Part shown: positions 1 to 12,800 of the stretch, piece by piece
Layout: each line of letters opens with the position of its first letter
How positions within the stretch are numbered: position 1 is the stretch's first letter
Source: Phoronis australis
Lineage: Eukaryota > Animalia > Phoronida
DNA: 64,000 bases
Direction: 5' to 3'
Assembly: GCA_002633005.1 (NCBI GenBank)
Contig: NMRA01000349.1
Span: forward strand, 186,001 to 250,000
Notes under the pieces: model-generated
What the model saw: only the letters and a program-made list of their open reading frames with translations
Told to the model about the DNA's origin: nothing
Database searches by the model: none
Translations under genes and position numbers: made by a program

Positions 1-1156
1 CGCCCATTTGTGATGTTGTAGGACATTCCAATTCCAACAATAGCAATTGTGGCTACGGTGATACTGCGTGAATAAACTGTACCAGCCAGGCAACTACCTG
101 AAAAATTATGAAAATCCAAATGTGGTCAGGAGTCTTCTTGAGAAAGCAGCAATTTATGAGAAAAGGTAATTTTGATTCTAATGTTGATGATGGCGACGAC
201 GATGATGACGCAATGTTGACGAAATTGGTAAACGAACATAGTGTTATACAATGATAGGCCAATGGAAAAGAGAGGGAATGGTTATGAGGGGTGAAATCAG
301 TGAGTGGAAGGGAAAGTTTGTTGAAAAACGTCGACCTCATCTCCCCACGTGAAAATACTCATTACGAAAAACGAGACTTTGGCAAGAAAGTTAACATAAT
401 GAATGGCGTTTTGCGACAGTAATGTTCGCCATAAAATAAAAATACCCAATATTAAAAAGGCAAACGCTAGCAAGAGATCACTATGGCGTCTCAACTTGTC
501 CCCAAATATTGCTGACAGCAGCGAGCCGGCTACCATTCCTACAGAGCGAAAGGCAATGGCGGTGGACAGCTGTTGGTAAGACACCTTGAACAGACTCTTG
601 AGATCGAGAAGGCAGGCCGACAGCAGCATATCAGAGAAACCCTAAAATGAACAAATGTAGAGAACGAGTCCAAAAATCGGCTCAGCCCTGTTAACGTTTC
701 AATGTAATGCTTCTTCAAAACGTAATAGCGTAATATCCGAAGCACCCGCATTCCAATAAAAGCTGGAATTTTCAACACAGCAGTTATGTACCCCTCTTCA
801 TATATAGAGACGGAACAATTGGCGACCAATTTTATATTGATAAGTGTCCTAAATCAATAGTTTGTGTCTAAGGCGGAAAACATGTTTTTATCGCTATAAT
901 GTGCCGAGACAATTAATCAGTCGACCTAACTTTTATTCCGTAATGAAGCAAGTTTTACCATTACAAACCAAGCGTATATGAGAATGCCCGTCTTCAGGTA
1001 AAGGTACCATCCGTTGTTTGGCCGCTCATGCACTGTTGTGTCATCGGCGTTGTTGATATTTGTTGTGGCTGCGCTGAGATCTTTACTTTCATTGATTAAT
1101 GGTGAATTTTCGTCAGCATCAGTTGACTCAGCTACCACCACGTTACATTCCAACAT
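1..1156 (-). CDS. MFS transporter, MFSD4/NaGLT1-like; 5' part only. Coding exons 1156-959, 641-446, 97-<1
   Basis: GT-AG joins in frame give MLECNVV...YLKTGILIYAWFVM|GFSDMLLSACLLDLKSLFKVSYQQLSTAIAFRSVGMVAGSLLSAIFGDKLRRHSDLLLAFAFLIL|GSCLAGTVYSRSITVATIAIVGIG. Hydrophobic helices, an LLDL motif after TM1 and a GxxxD(K/R) MFS loop. An acceptor at 1161-1162 implies more upstream exon(s). Subfamily recognised from memory. Confidence 0.7.
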
Positions 1157-2849
1157 ATTCCTGATGAAGAAAACAGCTTTTCTGAAATGGGAATTTTTTG
1201 CCTTTATTTGAAGAAAATGTATATTACTTTTGATCATCGTATAGTAAAATTAAAAAGTCCGAGTTGGAAAGCAAATAAAATTCAATGGTTAAGGGTTCTT
1301 AGTCTCATTTTTACCTTTAGCAGGGTAAAAGACAGACTCAAGAGTGCGTAAAATAGTGCCCTGTCGCATAAAAAATCCTAATTTCATAGCTCCAGCAAAA
1401 TTCTCCAAAGCATTTCAGTTGCCCTATTTAAGCAGGGTAAAGCGAAACTTTTAATTACAACCACAGAGTCTGTTCTAAAAAATCAGTCTCATAATATTCT
1501 AATATTATTCCATTTCTTTAAAAATTCAAGTCACAAGAAATTTACACATGCACCGTTTTCAAATGTTCGCAATATTGGGGTTGCTCTATTAAAATCTGAC
1601 GTTTTCGTGAGTCGATTACCGTTTTGATGTGCGTACTGATAACCGAAACAGCGTACTGTCACGCTAAGGAATGTCATGAAACACATTTTATGAAAATAAA
1701 AGGCATAATTCATTTTCGTATTAGGGAAGCTAAGTAGGGCGAAATACGCCTTTAACTGAGGAGCGTGCACTGACATGCCGAAACCCCACTCCCATGGTGA
1801 CTTTTCATTCCGAAGACAAGCGCACAAGGTTAAACATCATCATTTTTCTAATTGGTTGGTTCTATCCCTGAGACGTTCTTTTTGTCAATTAAGACACTAT
1901 CGTTAGTAGGTCTAAAACATGCTTCATCTGTTATGAACTGTCCCTGGGTAAGAACAAAAACTGGGTCTCTAAGCGAAAACGAGCTGGAAACGATTCCTAC
2001 GAGGGGTCTTAAATCCAGGGACGTTACGAAGACTTTAAAAACGTCCCTACAGATAAGAAAATTCGTTATCCATCCGGCCACTGGACCAGTGTCTTGAATT
2101 GATATGTTTAAATTGATATGCATACATCATAAACACTCAGCTTATTTGAAGACCGGCCACTGACAAGTTCCTTACCAATTTGCACGATTCAACTGACGTG
2201 ATCATCAGTCATTTCAGTTCCGTGCCCGAAAGCCTGGACAAACGCGAGATATATATTTCAACGTAACCGGACATAGATGGCACTAGTTGAAAGCAAGTAG
2301 GTTCAAAGGTACATAAACTATCGGCAACTTACTCAAATATTTACCCAGATAACTCAGTGGTCCTATCCTGTAACCTTGATCGTAATTTCCCTGATATGTG
2401 ATAGGCAAATCATATGTGTCAATGAATGATGATGTGGATTTTCACTATGGTGATTTCCATTAACTGTCGATCGCAAAAAGTAACTTACTGTAGAATTCAA
2501 TATCCGAAAACGGGATATTTAAATCTAAAATGCCAAAATATTAATCAGAACTTAGAATATTCTTTAAATTTGCGACATATCTGCTTTCTGCCAAAAAACG
2601 AACTTCCAACTTAAAATGATTTACCATTATAAAACCGACGGAATCCGGGTTCTACTTCATTGCGCAGATCAGACGCGATTTCTGAGCTGGATAGAAAACG
2701 ACAGTTCCTTACCCATGTTCGAAGCATAAAACCACCAGGCGGTCAATCCACCTTGCTGGACATGGTCTCTAGTCAGTTACCCTAAGCCAAGGAATCAACA
2801 GTGAACATTTTGAACCCAATTTTATCAAGGGCAATTTAAATCGAAACTT

Positions 2850-3075
2850 GTTTCGGCAGATGGAGAGTTTTTGGCAACAGTAAACACAAGTTAAGTCCAA
2901 AGCACGTTTTCGTTGTTCCAGCCACAGTCTTATGATTAGAGTTGGCTGACACTTGAATTTGAATAGTGCCAAACAGAGTGTGACCCTTCTGCCCTAATGT
3001 TTTGGAGGACGAGTATCGCTATCTTCTAAGCTGTGATAAACATTCTGAACTGATAGAGCATTATATTGAAGTGTT
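2850..3075 (+). mobile_element. Decayed 3' end of a non-LTR retrotransposon (L2/CR1-group-like) ORF2
   Basis: Broken translation ARFRCSSHSLMIRVG*H...PFCPNVLEDEYRYLLSC resembles the RxSSHxLxIExGR...CxxC...EDExHFLLxC C-terminus of L2/Crack-type LINEs; contains stops and frameshifts. Confidence 0.65.
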
Positions 3076-4379
3076 CTACTGGAATTTTCAGTCTTTTTTC
3101 AAGTTCAATAGATTAGTGTCAACAAGCGATGACGCTAAATTAGTTAACCTACGTAAGTGTGTATTTTAATTTTGCTTTTCGTCTCCGTGATAGCTTGCAG
3201 CACTTTTAAGTAAGTTACACGTTGTTCTTTTGTACAGTAGGCTTATGGCCTTTATAACATAAATAAATTGATTGATTGGTAAACATATGGTATTTCTTTT
3301 ATAGACCCACAAAGAGGTACGTGTAAATAACTGAAGAATCATCGATATCCTAAACTTCAAGCTGGAATGAATCAATTCAAGGAACTCCATTTTGTACTTT
3401 ATTTTACAACAAGCAGAAAATTGAGATGGGCCGTCACTGAACTTAACTTGAGATAAAATGGTAAATAAGTTCAGCAACGACTCGTATTTTTCCGCACATT
3501 ACTCTCGTGCTGAATGAGTCATAACATACACCGCAACTGAAATTTTTTTATAACGTATAACCAGGGACGCTAACTCGCTGTATTAAAAACGCACAAGAGG
3601 TTTTCATCCAAAAACATGACTCAAAACAATGGTTTTATGTCGATTGGAGTTGGTAATAGCTTTTGATTGAAAATAAACTGTAAACCAGCTAGCCGAATAA
3701 ACTGTGTCCCTTTTTGATGTTCTTTGATCCTTCACTCTTGAAATTAGAAGACTTTCAGCCCTATTAACAGAGTCAGTTCTTTTTCCAGTGCAATTATTTA
3801 CTGGGCACCATTCTAAAAATCGTCCGTTGACAGTCATATTTTCTTGCGGACAAATTCACAATCTTTAATTGCTTATTTATTACAAAAAATGAGATAGTTA
3901 CAGTTTTTGGCAGTGTATCTATATCCCATCTATTCTCCAAATGATTGTTTCGGCACATATTGTTTAGTATACTTCATTTTGTGCGTCAATCAAAACAAAA
4001 AGTAAATCGGCAGAGCGGTTCCACCGTATAGTTATAGCCTGTATGCCTACGGGCATCCTAGCGGCAAGGCGTGGTATCAGTGATTCGGGGTTGGGCATTT
4101 ACCAGCGGCTTGATGGAGGGAAATGTTTATTTGAACGAAATGTTACGAGAAGGTCCATATGAAAAAAATTGAACAATACACAGTATGCTAACTTCGACTG
4201 TAAATAAACCTGTAAGCAAGAAATTTGAGAGCTAAACTTGAGTACACTGCACAACACAGATATCCCAGGGTACTATTAAAAAGTGGGGACATTTCTGATT
4301 AGCGAATTGTTTGTGGTGCAATCATCATACGTCATACGCCAGTGGAGTACTCAGTAGGCCTATCATAATTTTCCCATAA

Positions 4380-4810
4380 CATGCGCGCACCCGGGGGTGG
4401 GGGTCGAAGAAGCCTCCAATTGGCAAAATGGGCAAAAAGGTGCGCTTCAGAGAAACAAAAACTCCGAAAAAAGTAGGAAACGAGACAAAAGTCCACTAAA
4501 TAGGCAGGAAGTACATGCGCGCACCCAGCCTAAAAATGTAGGATGCATACCTTTTACTAAAAAAAGAAGAAAAAACGGGGTACGTTCAGAGCCATGAGTT
4601 GTGCGTTCGCCGAATTCCTGCCTTTTTTAGTGGACTTATGTCTCGTTTTCTTTTTGCTTCTCTGAGGCGGACCTTTTTGTCCACTTCGCCCAATGGGGGT
4701 GCGCGCACTGTGAACTCCTAAAATTCGACGAATGCACAATTCATAGCTCTGAACATAGTAAAAGGTCCACATTCTCAAAAGTGCGAACCCCCCATTTTTC
4801 GCGCATGCAT
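4380..4810. mobile_element. Palindromic MITE-like element
   Basis: Long imperfect inverted arms, e.g. GAAACGAGACAAAAGTCCACTAAA (~4477) vs TTTAGTGGACTTATGTCTCGTTTTC (~4626); ends CATGCGCG and CGCGCATG. Confidence 0.55.
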
Positions 4811-7800
4811 AAGTTGTTCAAATTTCAGGTGAATCATATTCTGTCATCTTTACACGACATTTTTACCCAATGTTTTCCAAATATCTCAACTAACATGATT
4901 CCCCGCCAAGAGTTAGAAATCCATTCATTGACTTGTGGTTGTCATTCCTGTCGATTTGAACGAGAAACCCTGTTCCTGGACCGACCAACACGTGTCATTG
5001 TTGATGTGTGCTGGATGATCGAGGCCGCGTGTTACGAATGAGGTGATGTTTCTGTTTGTCCGCTCAGCTGAGCCATTGATTAAACCCGGCATTTAATCTG
5101 TCGTTGGACTTTGAACATTGTACCGTCTAAAGAACTCGATGGGCCAATATCTTGCTTACTAGACTTAGTCGTCACTTAGAAAGCCTATGTTCCAGGAATA
5201 GACAACAAAAAACCAGCTGGTCTTAAGTTCACTTTCCGAAGCCATATTTCGTTGTCGGCTGAGCCTCAGCCTGAGGCATTTCTCCTGTTTAGCCTACTCT
5301 CGATGCAGCCCAAAGGAAAGGTCCAAAACTGTCGCAGCAGAAGCTTTAGTCGTACTCGCGTCGCTATACAATCGCGCTAGCCCATCACAGAGGTAGATAA
5401 CCAGCGGTTGATTGAATCTGACTCATAATTCGGGTTGTTTTTGCTGGCTGGCACATACGGGTAAGTAACGGCACAGGGGACAATAATCATTGTGTCAGTC
5501 ATGAAACGTAACACCCAGCTACATTTTCAGTCAAACCGCTATTTGCCTGTGATGCTAATCGTTCTTCAATCTTGTGTAAAACCCTGGGCAAGTAACAGCG
5601 GGAACGTTCCTGCAAGGGTCCGTTCTGACAAATTTCCTGAGGGAAAAGTTGGTTTTGCTGCGGACTAATTACATAATTGGAAACGGTCCCCAAAATATTC
5701 CTTTTTGTAACTCTAAAATCATAGTCCAAATGTTTTAAAGATTTCGGTTGCAGAAGAGGTTCTCATTCTCGAGGACATGGCATCTGTAGTGATTTGCAAT
5801 TTAATTACTGTTTAAAATTCTATATGTCCTGCGATCCCTACCCAATTGTTAGCTTTATAGAATTTAAAAGAATACCAAAAACGGTTTAGACCTATTCACA
5901 AATATTAAAAAATGACTTTCCAATGCAGATCTGTGAAACAAAATAATATCCAACCCTCGAAAACCTTCAAAAGTTTGAAGCACGATTTGAAAACTCTTCA
6001 AAGTCTGCTGAACAGACAAGGATGACTTACACTTTAGGCAAAAAAAAAAAGAGTTCACGGCAACTGAAGGGAAAGACCACCTGCCGAGAACCATAATATC
6101 CAACCTGATCCTCTCTAGAGCTTGTAGTCATCAACCTCAGATGTTATCATTCGAGTATTACGCCATTAGTAGTTGACGATCAAGGTTTAGTATCCTTTCA
6201 AGCTGTTCATCTGGTTATAAGATACACAAGTCGAATTGTTTCTTTGATTGGCATAAATTCAGTCTTGTAATATTCCCCACCAATAGGATTCTACTTACAT
6301 TACCAACAAGGACATCGAAACGATCATAGTTACTTACTGAGGTGTTTGGATTCTGAAATTGAATTCCTCTTCAAAAAAAAGTAAGCAAGGATCATTTTTT
6401 TCTGGCAGAAATGCGATAACAATTAGCAAATAGATGCCTTAGGTTTCAGTTTTCTGGTACCTGTTGATGAATGATTTTAGTAACTATTTTGAACTGTGGT
6501 AGATAAGTGGCCTGCGAGTTGTGATGCTGAACAAAAGATTATGTCAGCGTTTAACAATGGACTAGAGTGATATCTTGACCATGCTCAATTTTGAAACTGC
6601 TGCCAGCTGGAGTTGGAGCCAAATGAGAAGTTTTTGTAACGAAGTGCAGAGCGATTGAGCTTGACCAGGTCCATAAAATTTGAATTTTAATGGACTGGAA
6701 CTAAGACCTTGTAATTCAGCGTTCTCCACATTCCACAACAGAAATTTCAAAACTCAACAGCAAGTACAAAATTCGTGTCCATGTTTGACAGTTCATGTCC
6801 ATGCTGTAGGAAATTTGTACGTTACGTCTTGGAATAACTGTATTGAACTGGTACCAAAAATCCAAAATGTCCTAATTTGCTTAAGAACTGGCTAGCCTCC
6901 CAAAACTTTGACGCTAGTTATCATAGCAAAATTCAAACTTGATGCTGTGACTAGTTAAAATAGGTTGTGGAGAACACAGTAATTGGCTTCTTCAACTAAT
7001 GTCATTTACATTTCGTGGGTCCAGTATGTTTGTGTGAAAAAAGTTTTTTTTTTAAATTAAGAGGTCAAATGTCTGCAATATTTCTCTCCTGCTAGTATTT
7101 ATAGAGTATAGGAACCTTGTGGAAACTTGTGAAGTCATTTGAGCATGCGGTTAATTTTAAAACAATGTGGAGGAACAGGGAATTATTTCATTTAAATTTC
7201 CATCAAAAATAAAGTGAAAAATGTTGCTTCATTATTTGCACAGTTTATATTTGTACAGCGGTCATCATCAAACACAAAATGAAATTTTGGGCATTTAAAA
7301 TAAAAATGCCAGGGAACTTTTGACAAATTTGGAAATGACTTTTGTTTGATCGAGTAAATTACAATGCTTTCAATAGAATTATAGAATTATTTGAAAAAAC
7401 CTCTAATAAAGGATAGGGTACTATTAACTCCCATTGATAAATCTAAACACCTTCATTTATTCAACTCTTTTCAGTCTGGACATATTGTCTCCTATTGTCA
7501 AAAGGAGTCACTACTCATCTCGTCTCAATAGCGCGTCAAATTAACCACCTGAAACTGCTCACAATTGTGCCCACTGGTTTATGAATGCAGGTCCAGGTTA
7601 ATTCCCTTTACATTGAGATGCCTTGTTAGCTGTGTGGGATAGATATTGACAAAATTTAGAAGTTGTGGTTCCTATTGGTACTTCGCACAAAAATAATTGC
7701 CAAGATTGTTATTTTTCATTTTCTGTAGTGGCTGAATAGAAACATTGAAAACTTTTTTACCAAATGTTTTTTATGAGGTCTACACAGTACAGCCACAGCC

Positions 7801-7834
7801 ATCATATGGGGGTTCAGCAGCTCAAACTATTAAA

Positions 7835-8382
7835 GTGCCCTCCACACACAGATTTAGCTTTGAACAAGTTACCCCTGGAATGTGTTGCTAGATTTGGAAG
7901 CTGCGTGGATGTTATTTAAACTAGCGCAACTTACCCCACTTGTGACAACTTACTCCACCTTGTAGAGGTGGAGTAACTTGTTCTAGGGTAACTTGCGCCA
8001 CTTCTAATTTCTGTGTGGCTGCAAACCTGGGGCAAGGCAGAAGTAATTATTGCTTAGTTACATACAGGTGGGTTTTCTTTTGCATGTCGTACTCGCATTA
8101 GGTGTTCATTGTCTCACAAAGAGCAATAACTTCCGCCTTACTCTAGTCATCGGATAAGTTGCACTAGTGCAAGTTGTTCCGGGATAGGCTGTGCAGAGGC
8201 GGATCCAGGATTTTTATAAGGGGGCAGGGGTTCAATCAAGGACATTTTTAAAAAAGAGGAGGGGTTGAAGTCAGCAATTTGGAAATTCTAGATTTGGTAT
8301 CACTAAAATCAAGGGATTAAAGAGGGTCGGGACTCTGGACCCCTTGACCCCCAGAATCTGCCTAAGCTGTGTGGACGGGGCT
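7835..8382. mobile_element. Harbinger-like MITE with a nested CAGAGGCGGATCC-type MITE (~8195-8364)
   Basis: Outer TIRs GCCCTCCACACACAG / CTGTGTGGACGGGGC; inner element CAGAGGCGGATCC...GAATCTGCCT with GCTGTG on both sides. Confidence 0.5.
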
Positions 8383-9809
8383 TCACCCACTGTTTAGGAT
8401 ACTAGGCAAATGGCTCAGTCAGAAGCAATAACTTACTCCAGTTTTTCTCATCTCTAATGTGAGGAAGGATCACGATGAAATCAACTTCAAAGCCATAAGT
8501 GGCGTACATTTAAACATTTGCTGATTGCCTTCCCTTAAGTCATAAAGGAACCAATAATTTTTAGTGTTGAAAACCAGGTAAAATCAACAGTGTAGTTGGG
8601 GTTGTGAAATTTTTGATTTTGCCATAAAACCTTTGTCTGTGAGAGCCTTTTTTGAATAAAGTTCCATGGTTTTATTCATGGGCAAAATGTTTCAACTGTT
8701 TTGTTTTGCTTGTTTAAACCCTGGGAATTGAAACCGAATGCATTTAAAAATTTTCATTTCAGTTAAATCATCTTTAGCCTGTGGCTAGTAAATATTCTTT
8801 TATTTATTCATTTAAGTTTAACCATGTGTGAAGGTATGAGTAAAAATATTTAATTACATTTATTATGTTAATCATTTAACTAATGAACTATGCTGTTTCT
8901 GAATGTGTGGCCTGATGACCATGATTAAAATTTTGTGAACTGTGTTGTTTTGGAAGGTTTACTGGTGAAGATAATTTATCGCTGACTCTTACACTATGCC
9001 CATGAATTAAATGGTCAAAGTGCAGTCATTATGTTAAACTAATGAACCTTACCTTATCAGTCTTATTTCACATACCAGCCTTTTCTTGATTGGCAGTTTT
9101 TATTCTTATGTAAACTTATGTAACCAAAATTGAGTGCTAAGTCCGCCTCAGCTGTGACGCAAATGAAATTGATCTTTTTAAGTTACTGGTTAGCTTGTTT
9201 CTTGTTTACATTTCATAAAATATTAATTTTGACTAACTATATCAGCCCCAACATATGAGACACCACGCTTTTAAAAGCATTGATTGCGCGCACTTGTGTT
9301 TCATGTGCACCAACCGTATAAGGTGGGCTTAGTTTTCCAATCGGGTTGTTTTAAGAATCAACACAATGGTGTCTTTGATTTTTGATCAATTTTTATGGAA
9401 ACTGCAGTGCTTGCTATTGCAAAAATGATGTGTATTTAACTTACTGCCATGCGTAAATGTCAGTTTATAAAAGTGTTACTGTTACTTTCTTGCTCCATAC
9501 TTTGTAGTTTCTGGCGGGTTTCCTTACATCATCGTATCATATCTGTGTGTATACAAATGTTTATTCATAGACTTGGGGTGTATTTTGTTTGGCTTAGTAC
9601 CAGCAGCTCGCACCACTTGACAAACCAATCAGCTTTACTGTTTTAATTGATTTTGCTACTTCCTGTGAGCAATAGCTGATGAATACCACTCCCTCAAGTT
9701 AGCCTGTTTACATATAGGTATATTGATTGGAATTATTGATCAGAGTTAATTACGTCCTTTGGATGAAAAAACCAATTACGAGTTCCTCCGTCGTACAGAT
9801 TTGTAGAAG

Positions 9810-12800
9810 ATGGCAGGCTACACAGACGAAGGCCTTCTGCACGATATGTTTAGGAGGCAAGCCAAGAGTACTCCTAATGGTGTGGCGGTGGTGTATGATA
9901 ATGGGACAGAAATGACGTACCGTCATCTGGACGAAGTGACTGACTTGTTGGCGCATTATTTGCAAGTGCATGGCGTGGTGCCAGACTCTGTTGTTGGGAT
10001 CTACATGGAGAAGTGTATTGAGTATGTGGTGGCTTACATTGCCACGCTGAAAGCAGGTAAAGATATGTACTTAAGATTTTTCAGTCATCATTAAATTATG
10101 AATTTTTATATGGCCGTTATCTAGTGTAAAATTGTTTATAAAGTTGCCGAAAACATTTGTATGAAATAAATGCCGAATTGCTAATCAAAAAGTTAAAATG
10201 TCACTATTTTCTAGGCGGCGGGAAGGGGGGGGAGTGGTAGGGGTATACTGTATAATGTGATAGCGTTCCTAGGCCCTAAATTCATTATTTGATCATGACT
10301 TAAAGTTATATAATACCTCTGGAATTACTTTGTTAACTTTTAGCTCTATTTCTTGGCAACTGTTCTTTGTGATCGTTTTTCACAATTTCTGTGAAATTTG
10401 GCCTAAAATAGGACCCGAAACCTGGCTCTTGAAGCGCTGGCATCAGGTGGGTAAAAAAGGAAGAACCCCGGCCCATTTCAGCCAACTTTCTTTTTGAAAC
10501 TATCAAAAACTAAAAATATCATGTCTGTACATCGATTTACAAAAAAAACACTGGGATTTAATCTTTTTAAATTAACTCAAAATAATTTTTATTATTTTCT
10601 GTTGTGCTTACATGCAAATTCATACATAGGAAGTGTCTGTAATTCCGTGCTCGAGTATATTATCAACACTGATAAGTTTTTATTGCAAGTTCGCACTTGG
10701 TGACCTCTAAATTCGAACTGTTAACTCTAGCAAAACCCCCAAATTTCGAACTTGGAGCTTTGGTGCTGAAGTTGTCAAGGGCGATCTTGAACTAAATACT
10801 CACCAGCTTGAAGCATTATGCACTTGTGCACGGAACAATAGACAATTATCTGGAGTTGGTGCAAGAATAGAACGGAAAATGCAAAAATGGGTATTTTGAG
10901 TTCGATTTTGTGTAGCAAGACTGGAGCCTGGGTCCAGAATAAAGTTTGCCATTTTTTGTCCTCATGGTGGTTGAAGAGTTGCTGAAAATCCAGTTGGTAT
11001 GGGTAAACAAAATGTCACTTCCTTTGAAACTTATAAATACATCCAGACGTCAGCTACTGTAAAATGTCACCAATTTCAGACAAAAATAATTGCCAACATT
11101 GTCCTCTTTCATTTTTCAAGAACTTTTAATCTTGTTGTGAATGCCCATATTTTTTCAAAACATCTGATGGTAGCTATGCTGCAGAACATGAAAATGCTAA
11201 GTTATTATGGCGCTGCTTATCTTTTTTGAAAAAGATACGAAAACATACAATTTCACTTGTCCGCATATTGTGCCCTAAATTGGTGAGATTTTATCATATT
11301 CCCATGTGTTCTTAGAGACTATTTTATCCTTTAATTATGCATGTAACCCTTACAGTCCCATTATTTTGCAGGTGGCGCCTATATACCCCTGGATATCAGC
11401 TATCCACGTCCACTTTTAGAGTCCATACTTGATGATGCGGAGCCTGCTGTCGTACTAACTAAGGGGTCCTTTGCTACCAATGTACAAGGTGCATTAATAC
11501 TGTTGGTATCTGTGGTGAATTCAATTTATTCATTGACAGCCCCTGCAGCAGCTCTTGGGGACTGGAATGAAATAATCCAAAATCCACAAAGCTCTAAGTT
11601 AGACTGTGCACAGTTGTTCTGACAGAACTTTAGCTTAAATTCATACACAGTTTGTCAGTTGAAATGGAGCATGTCGGCTTTTGCTCAGACCAAGCCCGTG
11701 ATAGTGAAACGTTGTGAATTTAACACTGCATGACATCTATCAAGAATACTTCCATTGCATGATGCGATCTGTGGATGCAGTTGCCCACATTTAAATACTT
11801 TTTGAAGCTTTGTTGCACATCACGCTACAGCATCGGAATGTCCAGCTTTTTGTCAAATGACATGGCTGACGTTGATGTTCGAACGGGTTCAGCTAGTGTA
11901 TTGCCCCCTAGCGGCCATTTTTTGCATCCATGGCCAAGAAGGAGCGCTGTGAAATTTGGCAGATGTGTTCCTGTAGAGAAGGCTGACCTAAATACCGCTG
12001 TATTCCCTAGTGACATTTTTTTGAATTTGCCTTTTTACTATTTGAGTTCGTGAATTTTGTTTCTTGCCCCCTGCCTCTTTGTTTGCCACATTGCACAAAG
12101 GACTACTATGAAAATTGGCAGACGTGTTCCTTATGAGAAAACCATGGCTGAGGCTAATGTGGTGCCTCCTAATGGGAATTTTTTTGCGTCCGCGGCAGCT
12201 GTATCTCCTTAATCCTTGCAGGATATTATTTGTGGAATTGGACATCAGCTGAGTATGAATTTTTGATGGATCTGACTATTTCTAGTGCCTAGTACCGTAC
12301 TCATCTGGTTACCGCCCATGTTCGGCTTACCGCCCATGTTCGGCTTACCGCCCACCCCCTGTTTTTTTAGATTCCCAATTTAAGTGGCCTGGGCTGCGTA
12401 ACCCGGACGAGTACGGTATTTACATTTGCTTATCTTCAGAGTTTCTTAATTGTTTTTCATGAAATTTGACAACAGATGGATGAATCCAATTATTATTGCT
12501 CATCCTCATATTGGACTGTTTTTTTTACCTTTGTTTGTGTGTCTTTTGTGTTCCTCGATGGATTTTCATGAATTGAGGCAAATAGTTTAAAAGAGAGGTG
12601 AGGACACCTTCTAATTTACAGAAATGTTTGACGTATTCTGTGCCATATGGTGGTCATTTTTGTAACACCAATTAACACCCTTAGAAGCTTGTCATTTGCG
12701 ACGCAGTTGCAAGTGCATTTCAATAATACGCGTGCTCTTGTTATAAAAATTTGGTGCATTATATTTCTTACTTAGATTGAAAATGATTTCTGTGCTGGAG

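Noticed and set aside
1848-2123. Overlapping ORFs on both strands
   Set aside because: No recognisable motif or convincing splice context.
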